The notes beneath the pieces are model-generated. The model had not been told where the DNA came from. It did not search any database and was given only the letters and a program-made list of their open reading frames with translations. DNA of 64,000 bases from Thalia democratica (Eukaryota), in assembly GCA_965202585.1 (NCBI GenBank), contig OZ241827.1, forward strand, positions 77,562,001-77,626,000, given 5' to 3'. A program made the translations under genes and the position numbers. Of the stretch, positions 35,801-50,800 are shown in pieces. The first letter of the stretch is position 1; every line of letters begins with the position of its first letter.

Positions 35801-38800
35801 CTTATTAAACTTACTTTATTTACTTTAAGTTTAATTGAAGCACCTTTCTTCTTTTAATAATGTTTGTTATATAATACCTAAATATTTGTACTAAACTACT
35901 AAAAAATATTTTATTTTTTGATTTACATGTTGTATACATTTTTAAGTATAATTAATCTTAATGATAAGTTTTAACTGTACTTAAATAAAAAGCTGAAATA
36001 ACTTTTATATTTTAATTACATTTCAAAACTAGAATACAGAAATTGACAAAAAGTATAAAGCTAACTCTACTTTTTCATGTTTTGTTGTAATATTAACAAC
36101 TTTATCTCAAAGGTTTATGTTGCTACCAGCCAAACTTCTACTTAACAATACATAATTTTATCAAACAAATTTTAATTTGACATGATTAAAAAGTATTTTA
36201 GCAAACAATCTACACAATATTAGCAGTAAATTTAAATTCGAATTACTCATAAAATTTTCGACAAATCCTTAAAAAAAAATTCTTTCTGATGACAGTTTAC
36301 AGATTTTACACTTTAAGTTCGTAATTTCTTTTTACTAGATTCTTAAGATCTGCACTTATATATTCTTTTTATATGACCTTGTTGATTAAATAAATCAATA
36401 ACTACTATAAAAAGGCAGTCAATTTATTTTCTTCGCGTAATTAATTATGACAACAATAAATATTTCAAATTGACCTTGACTTACGATTGTTTAGAGAAAA
36501 GGTTTAATAGTTTAAATAAGAAAGTTTTTACTTTCCCAAGAACAAACACTTGTGTTTTTAATTGACCAAAAAGTTATAAGCAAACAACTTTATAATAAAT
36601 ATCATGAAGTTTAATGCTATTTTATTTACGGTTTATTTAGGAAACTATTTTGTATTTTTATCTACAATGCGTTTTCAAGCTAAGTAAGTTATCATAATTA
36701 ACTGATCATAAATTAAGTCGTCTGTATTTTCACATGAAGTTAGCTTTAGTAATGAACGTCTATTGTATACTATTAATTGTTAAAATTGAAAAAAATTAAG
36801 GTAAATATGGAAGATAAAGGAGTACCAAGTTTATCATCTCAAGTCCCAGTGACTATAAACTTAAACCAGGAAAACTTTAATGAAGGTGGACTTTTTATTT
36901 GGTCAGATAATAATTTATTGTCGGATATTCGGTTATGGAGAAACGAACAAGATTCCCAAGAAATGTCAATTTTTAATTAAGTTTTGATTTTTTACACCTT
37001 TATTTAATTATTAAGCCAAAAAAAGTTTACTTATACGTTTTTGTTTACACTAAATTAGATAAATTACAATAATATAGTATATATTGTGCAAAATTTACAA
37101 ACAATTAGTTCGACCAACTAAATTATTAGTTTTTTGTCTTTATTGTTTAAAACCTTACAAAAAAATTTCTAGAGTTTTTATTGATCTGTTTTATTAGAAG
37201 TTAAAAACCCTTCTATTTTAAAATATTAATTATGATAAATAGGCTTAATGACACATTTAATACCATTATGTTGCATTTAAACTACAGAATTCGAATAAAA
37301 GCATATGGTACTCACCAAGAAGAAATATTAAATACTCATTGATTGAAACGAATGATTACATAATAGATGAAAATACTGGAGTTATACACACAAGTAGCCG
37401 CAACTACAAACTAAACACAGTGCAAACCATTAGGGTAAATTTTTAGTTAAAAGATTTTCTACTGTGGTTGTTTAAAAATATTGTAAGCAGAATACTCTAT
37501 AGTTTTATTAAATTTTGTGCTTACTCTAGAAGTCTATAGTTGTAACAATAGCTTTTAAAATTATATTTTTTTCTTTGTAATATCTTTTTAAGTTTAAACT
37601 TAATTTAATTGTTAGAATAATTATTTACAGGTAAAAGCAACGGACAAGTATTCTAATGAAGCTTCTGTACAATTAACCATAACCTGGGTTGAACGACCAA
37701 ATTTGCCAAGAAGGTCTAAACTTGCATTTAAAAACAGAATTCATAGATACAAATATAAGAACATACGAACTTCAAACCTTACAGAAACAGATTTATTGCA
37801 AACATCGAACCTGTAAAATCAATATACAACAAAAACTTGCAGTACATGATAATTGGTTAGTAAAAAAAAAAACTATTCTGTGCAAGTATAACGTCAAAAA
37901 TAAAAATATCGAAATGAAAAAAAAAAAATATTAGCTTATTTTTATATGTATGTTTTAATAAAACATCTCTATTTCTTGCATAACAATACTACTTGAATAA
38001 TTACAGTCGAATTAGCTCAAATTCATAAATTTTTTTTTATGTTAAAACGAATAATTAAATATTTTTATTTAATTTTACCTATGCATAAAAATACATTTTA
38101 AGTAAACTTTGACACATTATAAGAGTCAAAATTGTTGTAATTAAGCTTAAAAATGATAAAATACTTAAAGTTGTACCTTTAATAAAAGAAACTTACTTGG
38201 TGAAGAAAAACTTTACTAGCTCTTTTGATAGCCTTAAAAGAATTTTTAACATTCTTTAAACTACTAACGTCAGACGAAAACTAATAAAAACATGTTATTC
38301 TGTATCATGATAAAAGCATATGTGTAACAAAAACTTCTAATCTGACAACACATTTACCCGATAATCAGACAGAGTAAACCGATAATCCATCTAAAGCGGT
38401 TAAATGCGGCCCACAAAATGTCTTGATGGTTCTTTAAGGTGTTTACAAACAAAAAGTTATATTTACTAAGTCAAACATAGTTTGATAATTGTTGCTTAAA
38501 TCTTTCAAGTATTTATTTTTTATTTAAAAGAAACTTAAATTTATACCTTTTAAAACTGAGCGCAGCTAAACAAATTTATTAACTTTTTATTTTATGTTTT
38601 CAAAATGAATAAATATTTTTGACTCTCACTTGTTAAAATCTTGCAAATAAGTAAAACAACAATAAATGTTGTAAAGTATAATTGAAACAACCCTTAAAAA
38701 TACATTCATTTTTGAGAAAGCAATTGATCAACTCAATCGATTTTTTGTCACCAGAGAATATCAATTTACTGCAGCTTATATCCGCCTCAAATATAAAATA

Positions 38801-41800
38801 TTATACAAAAGATGTTAATTAATTGCTTTTTCATTTTAGTTTATCTCTTAATTGTATCAGTAACGGCAACGCATTGCTGTTTTATTAATTTTTATATACA
38901 GTTAATAGTTCAGCTTTTATAAAAAAAAGTTTTTTTTTTTGTTTATTTGAAGCAGAAATGGAATTAAAATTTAAGAATAGTAAAAATAACCTTTGTGGTT
39001 TGTTTAGGATTATTTTGAAAAATTATAGGTTAAATTATTGAAACCTAAACTTTTAAAGCTGAAAGTAACTGATGTGTTTGGTGAGCTTAAACCACAAAAA
39101 TAAAAATAATATTTTAAACCAATATAATTTTAATTCAAATTATCCATTTACTCAGATGGAAATGAAGATTTAATGTTCTTTTTGCATCCAAATAGTGGAA
39201 ACTTGTATGTATTTGGTGAACCTGATGCTGAGAAAATAAATAAGTATCAATTAACCGTGCAAATCTCAAATGGACAAGCTACTAAATCAACACAAGTAAT
39301 ATATTTAGTTTACATTTACTCAAATACTAAATACATATTTTTTAGTGTTTAATATAATTAGAATTAAATTTATTATTCTATAAAAGGTGTAGTATTAAAT
39401 GACTTTTTGATTAAACTATGTGTTTACAAAACAAAGTATGTGAAGAAAGAGAAATTCTAACTCTTAGGTAACAATAGAAATTGAAGATAAAAATGATAAT
39501 CAACCACCATTTGATTATTTTCTGATAATTAGTATGAACTTAATGGAAATCGTCCCAATAAACAGTATAGTGACAAAATTATCAGCAAATGATGCAGATA
39601 GTCAAGCTTCGAACAGAAATTTCGTTTACAAATTAGTTGGTGCTGCAGACAGAAATAGTTTGAATAAATTTACTGTCACATCAAACGGTTTGTTTTATTT
39701 TATTGCTCATATATTTCTACTCAGCAGTAGTTTTATTTGAACAATTTAAACAGGTCAAGTAAAAACATTAAGTAAATGGAATCGGGAACGTCAAAATAAA
39801 CATCATTTAATTGTTAAAGTCTCTGATCAAGGATCACCTAATCCATTTAAGGTTAGATATCATCTACTAATACTCCATTATCTTTAATTGTTTCTATAAT
39901 TAAATATAAATTTATTATAAGTTCTAGACTGTAGACTTTATACTTTTGTACATTTATAAAGTGTAAAACTATGTTTATTTAAGTAGAAAGTTAAAACAAA
40001 TTTGTTACAGAACAACTGTTACGTCATAATTACTTTGAATGACGTGAACGAAGATACGCCTGCTTTTATCAGTCAAAATTACCGAGCCCAGTTTTTAATC
40101 GATGGTGAAAACCCTAGTTTGCCTGAAACCCAACAGGTGTATCGCATGATTGAAGGTAGCAAGTTAGGCGAAATTATTTTACTTGTAGACGCAGTAGATG
40201 ACAATATCGGTCGAAATGGTAAAATCATTTACTCTATTGTTAAAGGTAAGTACTTATCACAGTAATTGTAAATATATATTTTTTAGAACTTTTTTTTAAA
40301 TTATTAAAACAATTTTACATCAATAGTTTGCTAACAAAATAAAAACTCTTAGAGTAAAATCACATTTTAAAATATCATATTTACTAAACATTAACTAAAA
40401 TTTTTTTAGTTAGAACAGTTAAAACTTAAATGTTTCATAATTAAAAATAATACTAGATAAACTTAATTGTATATTTTTGTTTAAAGAATGTTCTTAAGGT
40501 TTTACTAATAAACATTATTATGAGCATTTTTTCAAAGTTTTTGGTTTTGAATAACAAAAGGCAATAGCACTTTTATAATTTTGTTTTCATAGCAAATATT
40601 TCGAATAATTCGATAAAAATAGTTTTATAACAAGCCAAACCAAACAGAAGTAATAACATTATTTTGATTTTAATACCCTTTGTTTAAAGACCTCACCTCT
40701 ATAATATTCTAATGTTCTAAAAATAAAGTTGGTTTTTTTAGTAAATGAAATCTTTAGTCGCTCCGCTGTAAACAATGAGAAAAATCAATCTTTTCTTTAC
40801 GAACTTGCGCTATGAAGTTTATTTTCTTGTATTTTCGATTTTAAATAAAATTTTTTGCTCACTTCCAAAACACTTTCAATTTATCCTAGACCGTATTTAT
40901 TTTTATAAAATATTTCTTTTTGTATTTTAAGTGTTCTAAAATTTTTTGAAAAATCTTTTTTTTCAAATGTACTAGATAATTTATTAAATTTATAAAAGTA
41001 AACAATTAGTGAAGTATTTTTTTTCAAATTTAAAAAGTATTTGATACTAAAAATCTTGACAAAAAAGTTTGGAACTAAACAAATTGGTTTCCCTAGTAGC
41101 ATTATGTAAAAAAAAAAGAATAAGTGACAATTTTTTGGGTTCTAAGTTCTTTGAGGCAAAACTACTAATCTAAAAACTGACAATGAGTTGGAAACGCGTC
41201 AGGTTTTCGTATAACTGACAATTAAATGTCACACATGACTTTGCCACTTTGTAATTACTTTATACTAACAAAAATTTTCAAAAGTTATATTAAAATTGAA
41301 CATTTTAGCAATGCAAAATCATTTATAGTTTCAGTTTGTTTATTAGCTTACTTTTATGAAAAATTATGAAATTTTAAGAAATTAGTTTTAAAATTAGGTT
41401 GACCTCAGTAAAGTTATACATTTTTTCAAATAGTTTCTCGTATATTTAAATGTTCTGAAAAAATTTTAACCTAGATAAAGAATAAAATATCCGTACTTAC
41501 TATAAAATAGTGGTTTTTAGTCCTAAAACATCTGCAATAAAATAAATATCTTACTAGAAACATTTATGATTTGCATCAAAACAATAACAGATGTTTACAA
41601 AACTTTTAAAATCTGTGTGACACTGATCTTTTTAAAAATTGAAAGTTCTGATACATAATTCAATAATCCAATTCAACCAGTCTGCATCAAGTAACTTATA
41701 CCGGTTTCAAAATAATCTAGTAATGCTAATTGTTTTTAATATTTAATTACCTGTCAGATTAATCACCAATTCGTTTCCTCTGGTTTGTTAAAGATCAAAG

Positions 41801-44800
41801 AACAAAAATAAAATTTTGTGAGTGTCATTTAGAAAATTGAATTAGTTATTAAATTTAGTTTATTGGAATTCATTATTAATGTTTATTTTAGACAGACACA
41901 TGCTATTGAAAACTGCTGCTAACTAAACAGTTTGAGATTTTTTAGTTAATACTTTTATTGTATAGCAGATTTAGGTAGCTTTAAAACGATTCAACAATTT
42001 AAAGCAAATTTACAGAAATTAGCTTATGTTACTATCAAAAACACTATTAAAATAACAGTATGTTAGGTTTTAGCAATTTAATGAAACAGTTTATTAACGA
42101 TTTGTGCAAATTTTTCTAGTAGACTTTAGCACAAAGTTTTGTAGAGCTTTCAAGTCCCATTATGACGTACGACTGTTGAAATTTGCTGAAAACAAACAAA
42201 AGCACAAACTTTTTGTCTGGCTCAAATTTGTATTATTAAACAAATATTCTGTACTTAGGCGCATTAAAAAATTTAAGAACCTAATATTTACCTCTTAATG
42301 AAGTTTTTTGAAAACCAAAGCTTTTCAAGAAATTAGTTCTTAATAATCAGTTACTTATAAATTAGTACTCGTTTGTATTAAACTAAATTATTAATAATCT
42401 TTTTATTTACGACATTGATGTATTAAATAAAAATTTTAGTTTTTAGTTTTTTGTTCAAGATGTTTGGACGTATATGCGTTTATTGTACAACACTAAAAAT
42501 TATAAACATAACCTTGTTTTTTAGGCAACAACGCTGGAGTATGGAGAATTGACGAAACCACCGGTGGTTTGAGCGCTGTCAAGTGGCCAACAATTCAAAA
42601 TGAAAACAGCGACATTGTGCGGACAGAAATTTTAACAGTAGAAGCTCGCGATGGCGGTAAAAATTCTCGCGCTTCAAGAATGAACGTTTCAATTGAAATA
42701 AGAAACTTTAGAGACAATTCTCCTCTATTTGATAATGACGTCATTCATGTTAGCATCGCTGAAAACACAACTGTGGGAAGGTAAGATATTAACATAAACA
42801 CTATTTAGTTATCAAAAGCAAATTAATAATTGTCAATTTTAATTTCAGCTTGGTTGCCAAGGTAACAGCATCCGGTCCAGCCGGTATATTTTATGACGTC
42901 ACAACAGGTGATTCTGATCACTTCCGGTTGGATTGGTTCACGGGCAGGGTGACTCTTTTGTTGCCGCTCGACTACGAAACTCGTCGCGATTACGTCTTGT
43001 GCGTCGAAGCGAGGGGCGGTGACGTAATGATGACATCATCAATGCAATTAAAAATTCATGTCACTGATGTTAATGATAACAGGTTAAAACTCTAACAATA
43101 TAAATAACTTGAAGTTTTAACAGCGATTGTTTTACAAACAAAAGTTTTGTTGTAGTAGTATAAAAAGCAAAAATACATATTTCAGGCCTGTTCTTGATCA
43201 GACAAGATATTCATCCAAAATTTACGCGAATTCATCTGATCAAAGTGTAACGTCGCAATTATTTGACGAACAAGGTAACGTCTTAAAAGTGGAAGCGCAT
43301 GATATAGATACTGGATGAGGGGGATCGCTTAAGTACCAAATAATTGCTCTCTCATCTGAAGATCAGGATTTCATTGATGACAGATTTTTAGTGGACGAAA
43401 GAAGCGGTGCTATTCTGAAACTTAATGGAAACCTTCTCTTTGACCATTCTTACGATAACATCTATCAATTCATGGTAAAATTAGTTTTTTTAGTGTATAC
43501 GTTAAGAAAAATAGTTAAGTTAAAGAGTTACTTTGATCAGTTATAGTTTTTTTTTGATTAAAAATTTTATTAAGGTTCAAGTGACAGACAGAGGAAGTCC
43601 TCTTCTTGTAGCAACTGAAAGAGCTTACGTCACTGTACAATCAATTTCTCATTACTCTTTAAAATTTGCTAAAAATCGCTACACGTTAGAAGTACAGCCA
43701 CCTTTTGTACCTGGACATTCGATTCCAGTAAATTTAGAAGTTGTTGAAAACGGCTTCAATTCAAAATCAAAGTTAGAATACTCAATAGAGCCGGAAGACC
43801 CATATTTTGAAATAAACAGACACAATGGCGAAATTAAAACAGTTTCAAATCTAATTCCACATCAAAAGAAAACAACACTAAATGTAAAAGTATCAAACAA
43901 AGAAACTAGTTCTTATACTATTGTCAAAATAGTTCTTCTTGAACCTTATAGTGGTGATCTAAAATTAAAAGAGATATATGTCGAAGAAAATTTAAAAAAA
44001 GTATGTCAATATAGTTTCATAACACATTTATTTTTATTTCAAATTAAACAAAGATCTAATTCTGATAAATTGTGTATGAGAACTTTACTACTTTTCAACA
44101 TTTAATAAGGATTTTAAATTTTCAGGGAAAAGCATTGTATACATTGGCAAGTAGTATTCACAACACAGTAGATGTTGACTATGTTTACACTTTATTGAAT
44201 CCAAATCCACATTTCAACGTTGTTGGATCTGCTATTCTTACCACCAATGTAACACTAAATAGAGAAACAAATTCTTATCATAAAGTACGTTACAAATGAA
44301 TTAAAAAACTAATGTCAACATAATTAACATAAATCAAAAAATTTTTGATTCATCACTATACTTTAGTTTTATTTAAGTTGTTGTATATTTAAACTATTAA
44401 CAAATAAAATCTAAACTTTCAGTTGTTAGTTGAAACAAATTATCCAGCTTCAAGTCAAAGTAGTCGAACTGAAATAAAGATAAATGTCGTAGATGTGAAT
44501 GATAATGCACCTGAAATTTTACAACAACCGATTAGCATATTTATACCTAGAAATGGTAAAATTGGAACAGCTGTCAAACAGGTTAATATTCATTTAGGTG
44601 ATAGAACGTATTTCAAATCAAATTTAATATTTGATTTAAGGCTAAATATTTATTTTACTACAATTGTTTATAGAATACTAAACAAACATATCTCCAGATC
44701 AAGGCAATTGACAGAAGTTTTGGTCCAAACTCCCAAATTAAATTCAGTTTGAACGGTCCCGGTACTAAATACCTGAGAATAAATCCTAAAAGCGGATTGG

Positions 44801-47800
44801 TCACCACCAGAACTTACAAGTCACGTGAAGTCAGAACGACTAATGACGTCACGATAATCGCAGAAGATCAAGGTAAACCCCAATTGCGAAAAGAAGTGAA
44901 AGCGACTTTGCACTTCACAAACGGAAACCCGCTTTCAAAAAGGGTTAAATTCCCTGTTTTTGTAAAAGCGCGGGAAAATTTACGCATAGGAAGTTTATTG
45001 ACTGATAAAATTGGATCGCAGTTTACAGATTCTGTTGAGAAAGCAAATTTTGAAATTGTTGATGGAGATCCTGAAAGTAAATTCCAAATTGATTTTAAAA
45101 CTGGTAAGTTATTAACTCAAATTAATTTTGAATACAATAAAATTTCTTTAAAAAAATGAAATGAACAAGCAATTATTATTAAACTAATTGTTATTTAAAG
45201 TAAACTATAAAAGTATTATAAAAAAATAGTAGTTTTCTTAAGTATAAAACACTTGTTAGGAACTTTATATACTCGAAAAAGTTTGGATAGAGAAAAACAA
45301 GATACTTACCAGTTACAAGTGAGAATATTAGAACAAAACAGAAACTCAATCGCTTCAGTAACTGTTTTTGTTAATATTCAAGACGAAAACGATAATCCAC
45401 CTATTTTTCAAAATAGCTTTTATTCAGTAAAAATTAAAGAAAACTTGCCATCTAAATCGTTTGTTATCAGAGTAAGTTGATGTTAACTAGATATTTTTTT
45501 ATTAAAAATAAAGTTGTTTTAAGTTTTAATTTATTTATGTTATAATAGTTTTTATTTACAGTATAATCTAAGCTATACTCAACAAACTTTTCTTAAAAGA
45601 TTGATTGTGAATGTGATCATGAATTTTTTACAATTTATTTTATCCTAAAATTTTGCTGTAACTCAACCTTAAGCTTTACAAATGACATTGTTTTGCCTAA
45701 AGTTTGAAGCTTAAGTTTTAAAAGTGCGCATGAAATATGCTATTTAAAAATAATAGTTTTATATTTATTTAGGTACAAGCTACTGATGCAGACATAGAAA
45801 GCAACGCAATGATCAAATATACAATTCTATCCGGACACGAAAGTTTTGAAGTTGATGAAAATAGCGGAGTCATATCAACATCTGGTAATATTGACAGAGA
45901 AGAAGTTTCTCAGTTTATATTTACAGTAAGAGCAAGTGATTGTGGAAACCCCTTAATGTTTTCAGATGCTGAAGTTGTTGTTTTTGTTGATGATGTTAAT
46001 GATAATCCTCCATTTTTCTCTAATGTAAGTGTTTTTGTTAAAGTAAACATATCAGTGGAATCTTAAAAGCTTATATTTTCGTATAAAGTAACAAAATTAA
46101 CGATTTTTTTTCAATGGTTTATGTTTAAGTTTTTATTATTATTATTTTTACTAGAAAGTAATGTCTTAAGAAGAACTTAACCTTTAGTAAAATGTTATTA
46201 ATGCAGACAAATGAAGTGTTATCTGTAAGCACTCTAATTGAGCCTGGATCAAGAATAGGTCAAGTAAGAGCTTACGATTTAGATGTTACTGATCAAAATA
46301 GTTTGAAATACTTCATTGAAACTGATGGTCCAATAAATATAGATAAGGAGTAAGGTTTGCTAGTTTTATGAAATATTATATTTTATAAGTGTTCATTAAA
46401 AAACGATAATGTTGAAAAAATTAGTATGCAAAGCTTATAAGTTATATAAAATACTCAAATTAAAAATTGACTTATAAAATTTAATTTCTACAACGTTTCT
46501 ACTTATAGGTGAAGTATTTTTAAATGATCTAACTGAACCATATGAAAAACGTAACAATATTTATGCAATAACAATTGTTTCTGATGGAGTATATTTCACA
46601 TCTACTAATCTTCAAATTATTTTTTTTACTAAATCTACACGAGTATTAGAGTTTCATAATTGCTCAATAAACAAGCCTAAAGTTTTCCGTATAAAAGAAG
46701 ATGTCCCAATAAACACTTTTTTCGGAAAAGTAAGTATACGCTAGTTTTACAAATATAGTTTTAAGGTACTTAGTTTAGTATTCCTATATTTTAACTAATA
46801 TTTTTCAGCTAAATTTATCATCTGATTCTGTTAATCCAGTAATATTCACCATTGAAACGACAACTTCAGATTCTTCTCGATTTAGGGTAATTCCCTCAAC
46901 TGGAGAGTTGTTCACTCAAGATTCCATCAGAAGAGAGTTTCTCACATCTACAAATGACATCATAAGATTTGTTGTTACAGCTCAGTCGAGCTCAGGTTTA
47001 ATAATTGTTTAAAACTAATTAAATGTATATAAAAAATTATGCAAAGTTTTGGTTTTACCTTATAGTTTTAAACAACATACCTGATTATACTAGGTTAATT
47101 TCTTACTAAAACGTCTAATTGGCTTATATATGATACTAATTTGACATAGACTTATTCAAAGATAACAACAAATTACGCTATTAATTAAAAAAAAATGTTT
47201 TGAACTATTTTGATATATTGTTAATTTAATATATTCTCCTAGTTTATGTAACTTGTTTACATATGTTACAGAAACTAAGATAACAAAACAATTATTGTAT
47301 ATGTTACAACTTATTGAAAAGTTATTCGTTTACAGATATAGCAAGGTGTGAGACTGTTATTGTTATTCAAGACGTCAACAATAATAAACCTGAATTTGAT
47401 AGAAAAAATTATCAAGGAATTGTCGTAATTAATCAAACGATTGCCGGTGAACATTTACTGAAAGTTTGTATTTTGGTTGTTAATTTTACAATTTATTATA
47501 ATAATAAGAAGGATTTGTACTTATTTAAAACTAAAAAACTAATTATGCAATAATTTAAAAGATAAAAGCTCCAGATAATGACATTGGAGTGAATGGAAAA
47601 GTATCTTACAACTGGTACGATAAAAATAACAATGCTTTTCAATATTTTGATACTATTACTGATAGTGGAATAATCTATTTGAAAAAGCCACTGACGGAAA
47701 AAGGTTTAAATTGATTTTTTTTTAATTCAAGTTTTTATTATAAATATGATTGATTAGTTATTTAGCTTATAAAAGTGGAATTGAAATAATATGTGCATAT

Positions 47801-50800
47801 ATCAGTTTATTTTATTTGTTTTTCGTAATATAAAGTTAAATATTTGTTGAATGTCTCAGTCGTGAAACGAACGGAAGTTTTAAATTGAAGCAGACATTAA
47901 TAAATAAGTAAATTTAACACCTGCAACAATAAATTTATTGTCTGAAATAATTTTACACTTACTACTTATAAACAGCACAGTTGCAAACAATTGGTTATTT
48001 TGTTGCAGATGAAGAAAGTTTTAGTTTTTTTATTCAAGCAATAGACGGAGGTGGAAAATATTCTCTTGTTGGAGTGAATATTAATGTTATTTCAACAACA
48101 ATTCATTTACCAGTTTTTGAAAAAAGCATAATACACGTTGTTGTACTTGAAGATATAGCTATAGGATATAAAGTAAGTTTACCATTTTTTTACAAATTAT
48201 CTTTGTACAACTTATCGTTAAATAAACTATGTGTATGCATTGTGACGAAAGAAACTTTCAGAAATTGAATGAACAGTAAGTCACAAAATATTATATCTAT
48301 TTCAAGTGTTATACAAACAATTAACTTTTTTTAAAAAACTTACAGTATTAGTTGAAAAAGTAGAGAATAAAAACTGATTAGATTTAATTTATATATAATT
48401 TATTGTAAATCGCTCAACCACAAGCTTATCAAAAAACCGAGAAATTTACTACAAATTTGCAAATCATCAAGGTAATTACTTTTATACATATCAATGCTAT
48501 CATAATAAACCATGATAACTTGGCAATAACTTTTTGTCAAGTACAAAACTGTTAAGTAGTTTTTGAAGCTTTTGTTGAAAACTATTTTAAACCAAGTGAT
48601 TATCTTTGCTAAACAATAAAGTAATAAAGTAAAAAGGTATTTAATGAAAAAATAATCGTCATAACTAAGTTACAAATATATGATAATAAAATAAACAGAT
48701 GGTGATGAAACACAAGTGAGAAACTTCAAAATAAACAAACTGAATGGAGCAATTACCCTAACACAAGAGTTAGATTATGAAAATAAAAGTTATTTTGAGC
48801 TTATTGTTGTTGCATATGTAAGAGAAGAAACTGAACTTATGGCTGAATCTAAAGTAAGAAAAACTTTCTTGAAATTTAAAAACTAAGTTTTAAAAAACTG
48901 TTTAATTTGAAGTAAACCATTCAATTTTAAAGTAATTATACTGTTATGTTTAATAATATATATTTGTAAACAACACTAAATATATTGCTTATTCAGATAA
49001 CAATTGAAATTGAAGACATAAACGACAATCCATCTCAGTTTGATAGTCTTTCATATAAAACTTTTGTTGTCGAAAATAAATTGCCATATGAACCGCTTGT
49101 ACAAGTCAAATGTAGTGATAAAGACTCTACAAAATATTCAAATATCAAGTATAGGTAACGATTTGAACTAAAATACCAAATATTTATACTATCTTTTTTT
49201 TAAACTAAAAGAAACTAGATATTACACATAAATTAGAACTAATTTAGCTTTTTTTTGTCAGTAAAGTGTGAAGCTACTGAAGTTAACTAAAATGAATATA
49301 ATAAAATTTTAGTAAATAAGTTTAGTTTAGTTGATAGTACTGCTTAACTCGAATAATATTTAACAAAACTTAGTTTTGTAAACTGAATTATTTTTTTTCA
49401 GGTTCAATGAAAGTCATGTATCTTTTAATATCAACCCAGTGTCTGGGATGGTTTTCATGAAAAAATCTCTGGACAGAGAAAACTACATTGAAACAAAAGG
49501 ATCATTTAGTCTCAAAGTGTGTTGCACAGACCGAGAATATGTTGATAGTTCAAACATAATTGTCACAATTAAAGATGTTAATGACAAAAAAGCTGTATTT
49601 AAAAGCGACTCAAACCAGTTTAATATTTCTGAAGGGTAAGTGTTGTATAAAAAATATAGAAGTTTAAATATTTACGTGGTCAAGCAAAAATTATTTTTTT
49701 TGTTACTTTCAGGGCTAAAGCAGGATACAAAACAGCATCAGTAATGTCAGCGGTAGATCAAGATTCTTCAACAAATGCTTCACTTGTAACAACAAGTATT
49801 ATTAAAGGAGATCCTCTTCATTACTTCGATGTGTTTTTTCAATCGAAACACTCTTTAGAAGCTTTAGGAATGTACTTAAACATTGGATTTGAAGTAAGGA
49901 TTTGCTTATGTTTAAACTTAAATGCTTTGTATTACAAAATATTGTAATAATTCTTCTAATCTTAGGTTGCTAATGATATTGATTCAAACATTCCTGATGT
50001 AAATGAAGTTACTGTCTCAGTTTTTGACGTAATTCATCACTCTTATGCACAAGCTACTATAAACATTGTAAACCGAAAGTACAAACTACCAATTGGAAAA
50101 CCGCTTTGCAAAAAGGTTGACTTCTTTTATTCCACTTTAGTTATTACGTTTTATACTTAAAATAGCTTCACATTTCAAAAATACATTACTACAAGATATA
50201 ACAACTATATGCTACGGTCGTTTAATACATTTTATTTTTTTACAGCTTTTTTACAACGTATCTGTCAATTAAAACAATAAAGTAAACTCACAAATAGCTA
50301 CAATCGACATTGCAGACAAATATAGTAAAGCTATTTACACTTTGATTGGAGAATTTAAAAATAGATTTTCATTCGATGAAAGTACTGGTTAGTAAAACTT
50401 TAAATGTAAACCAACAGTTCTATAACTGTAATACTATCTAAATATACTTTTTTTAGGAATAATTTATGTGCCTGAAAGTTTAGACAGAGAAGAAAAAGAT
50501 AGCTACCACTTAAACCTTCAAGTTAAGTACTCGAACGATTTAAAGTGCCTGATACAGGTAAAAAAAAATTAAAAACAACTAGATTAATTAACCATTCAAA
50601 AAAAAAAAGAATTATGTCTTACTCAAACTTATTTTCTAGATCTTTATAAAAGTGTTAGATGTGAATGACAACTGGCCAACATTTACAAAAAGTCAATGGA
50701 GGGTTCGAGTAAAAGAAGATTCGGTTGTGGGAAGCGTTGTTTATCAATTTGCTGCGTTTGATGCTGATATTGGTTTGTTTTTTGAAATCAGTTACAAGTA

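Noticed and set aside
1491-37934. Short AT-rich ORFs (1491, 2859, 16923, 19670, 22394, 27269, 34594, 35401, 37689)
   Set aside because: F/I/K/L/N-rich chance ORFs in introns or off-frame over an exon; their presence in both arms only reflects the duplication.
30638-50272. In-frame TGA/TAA in copy 2 as stop-codon recoding or selenocysteine
   Set aside because: Each differs by one base from a sense codon in copy 1 (TTA, TCA, GAA) where comparable, and co-occurs with frameshifts and deletions; copy 1 needs no recoding.
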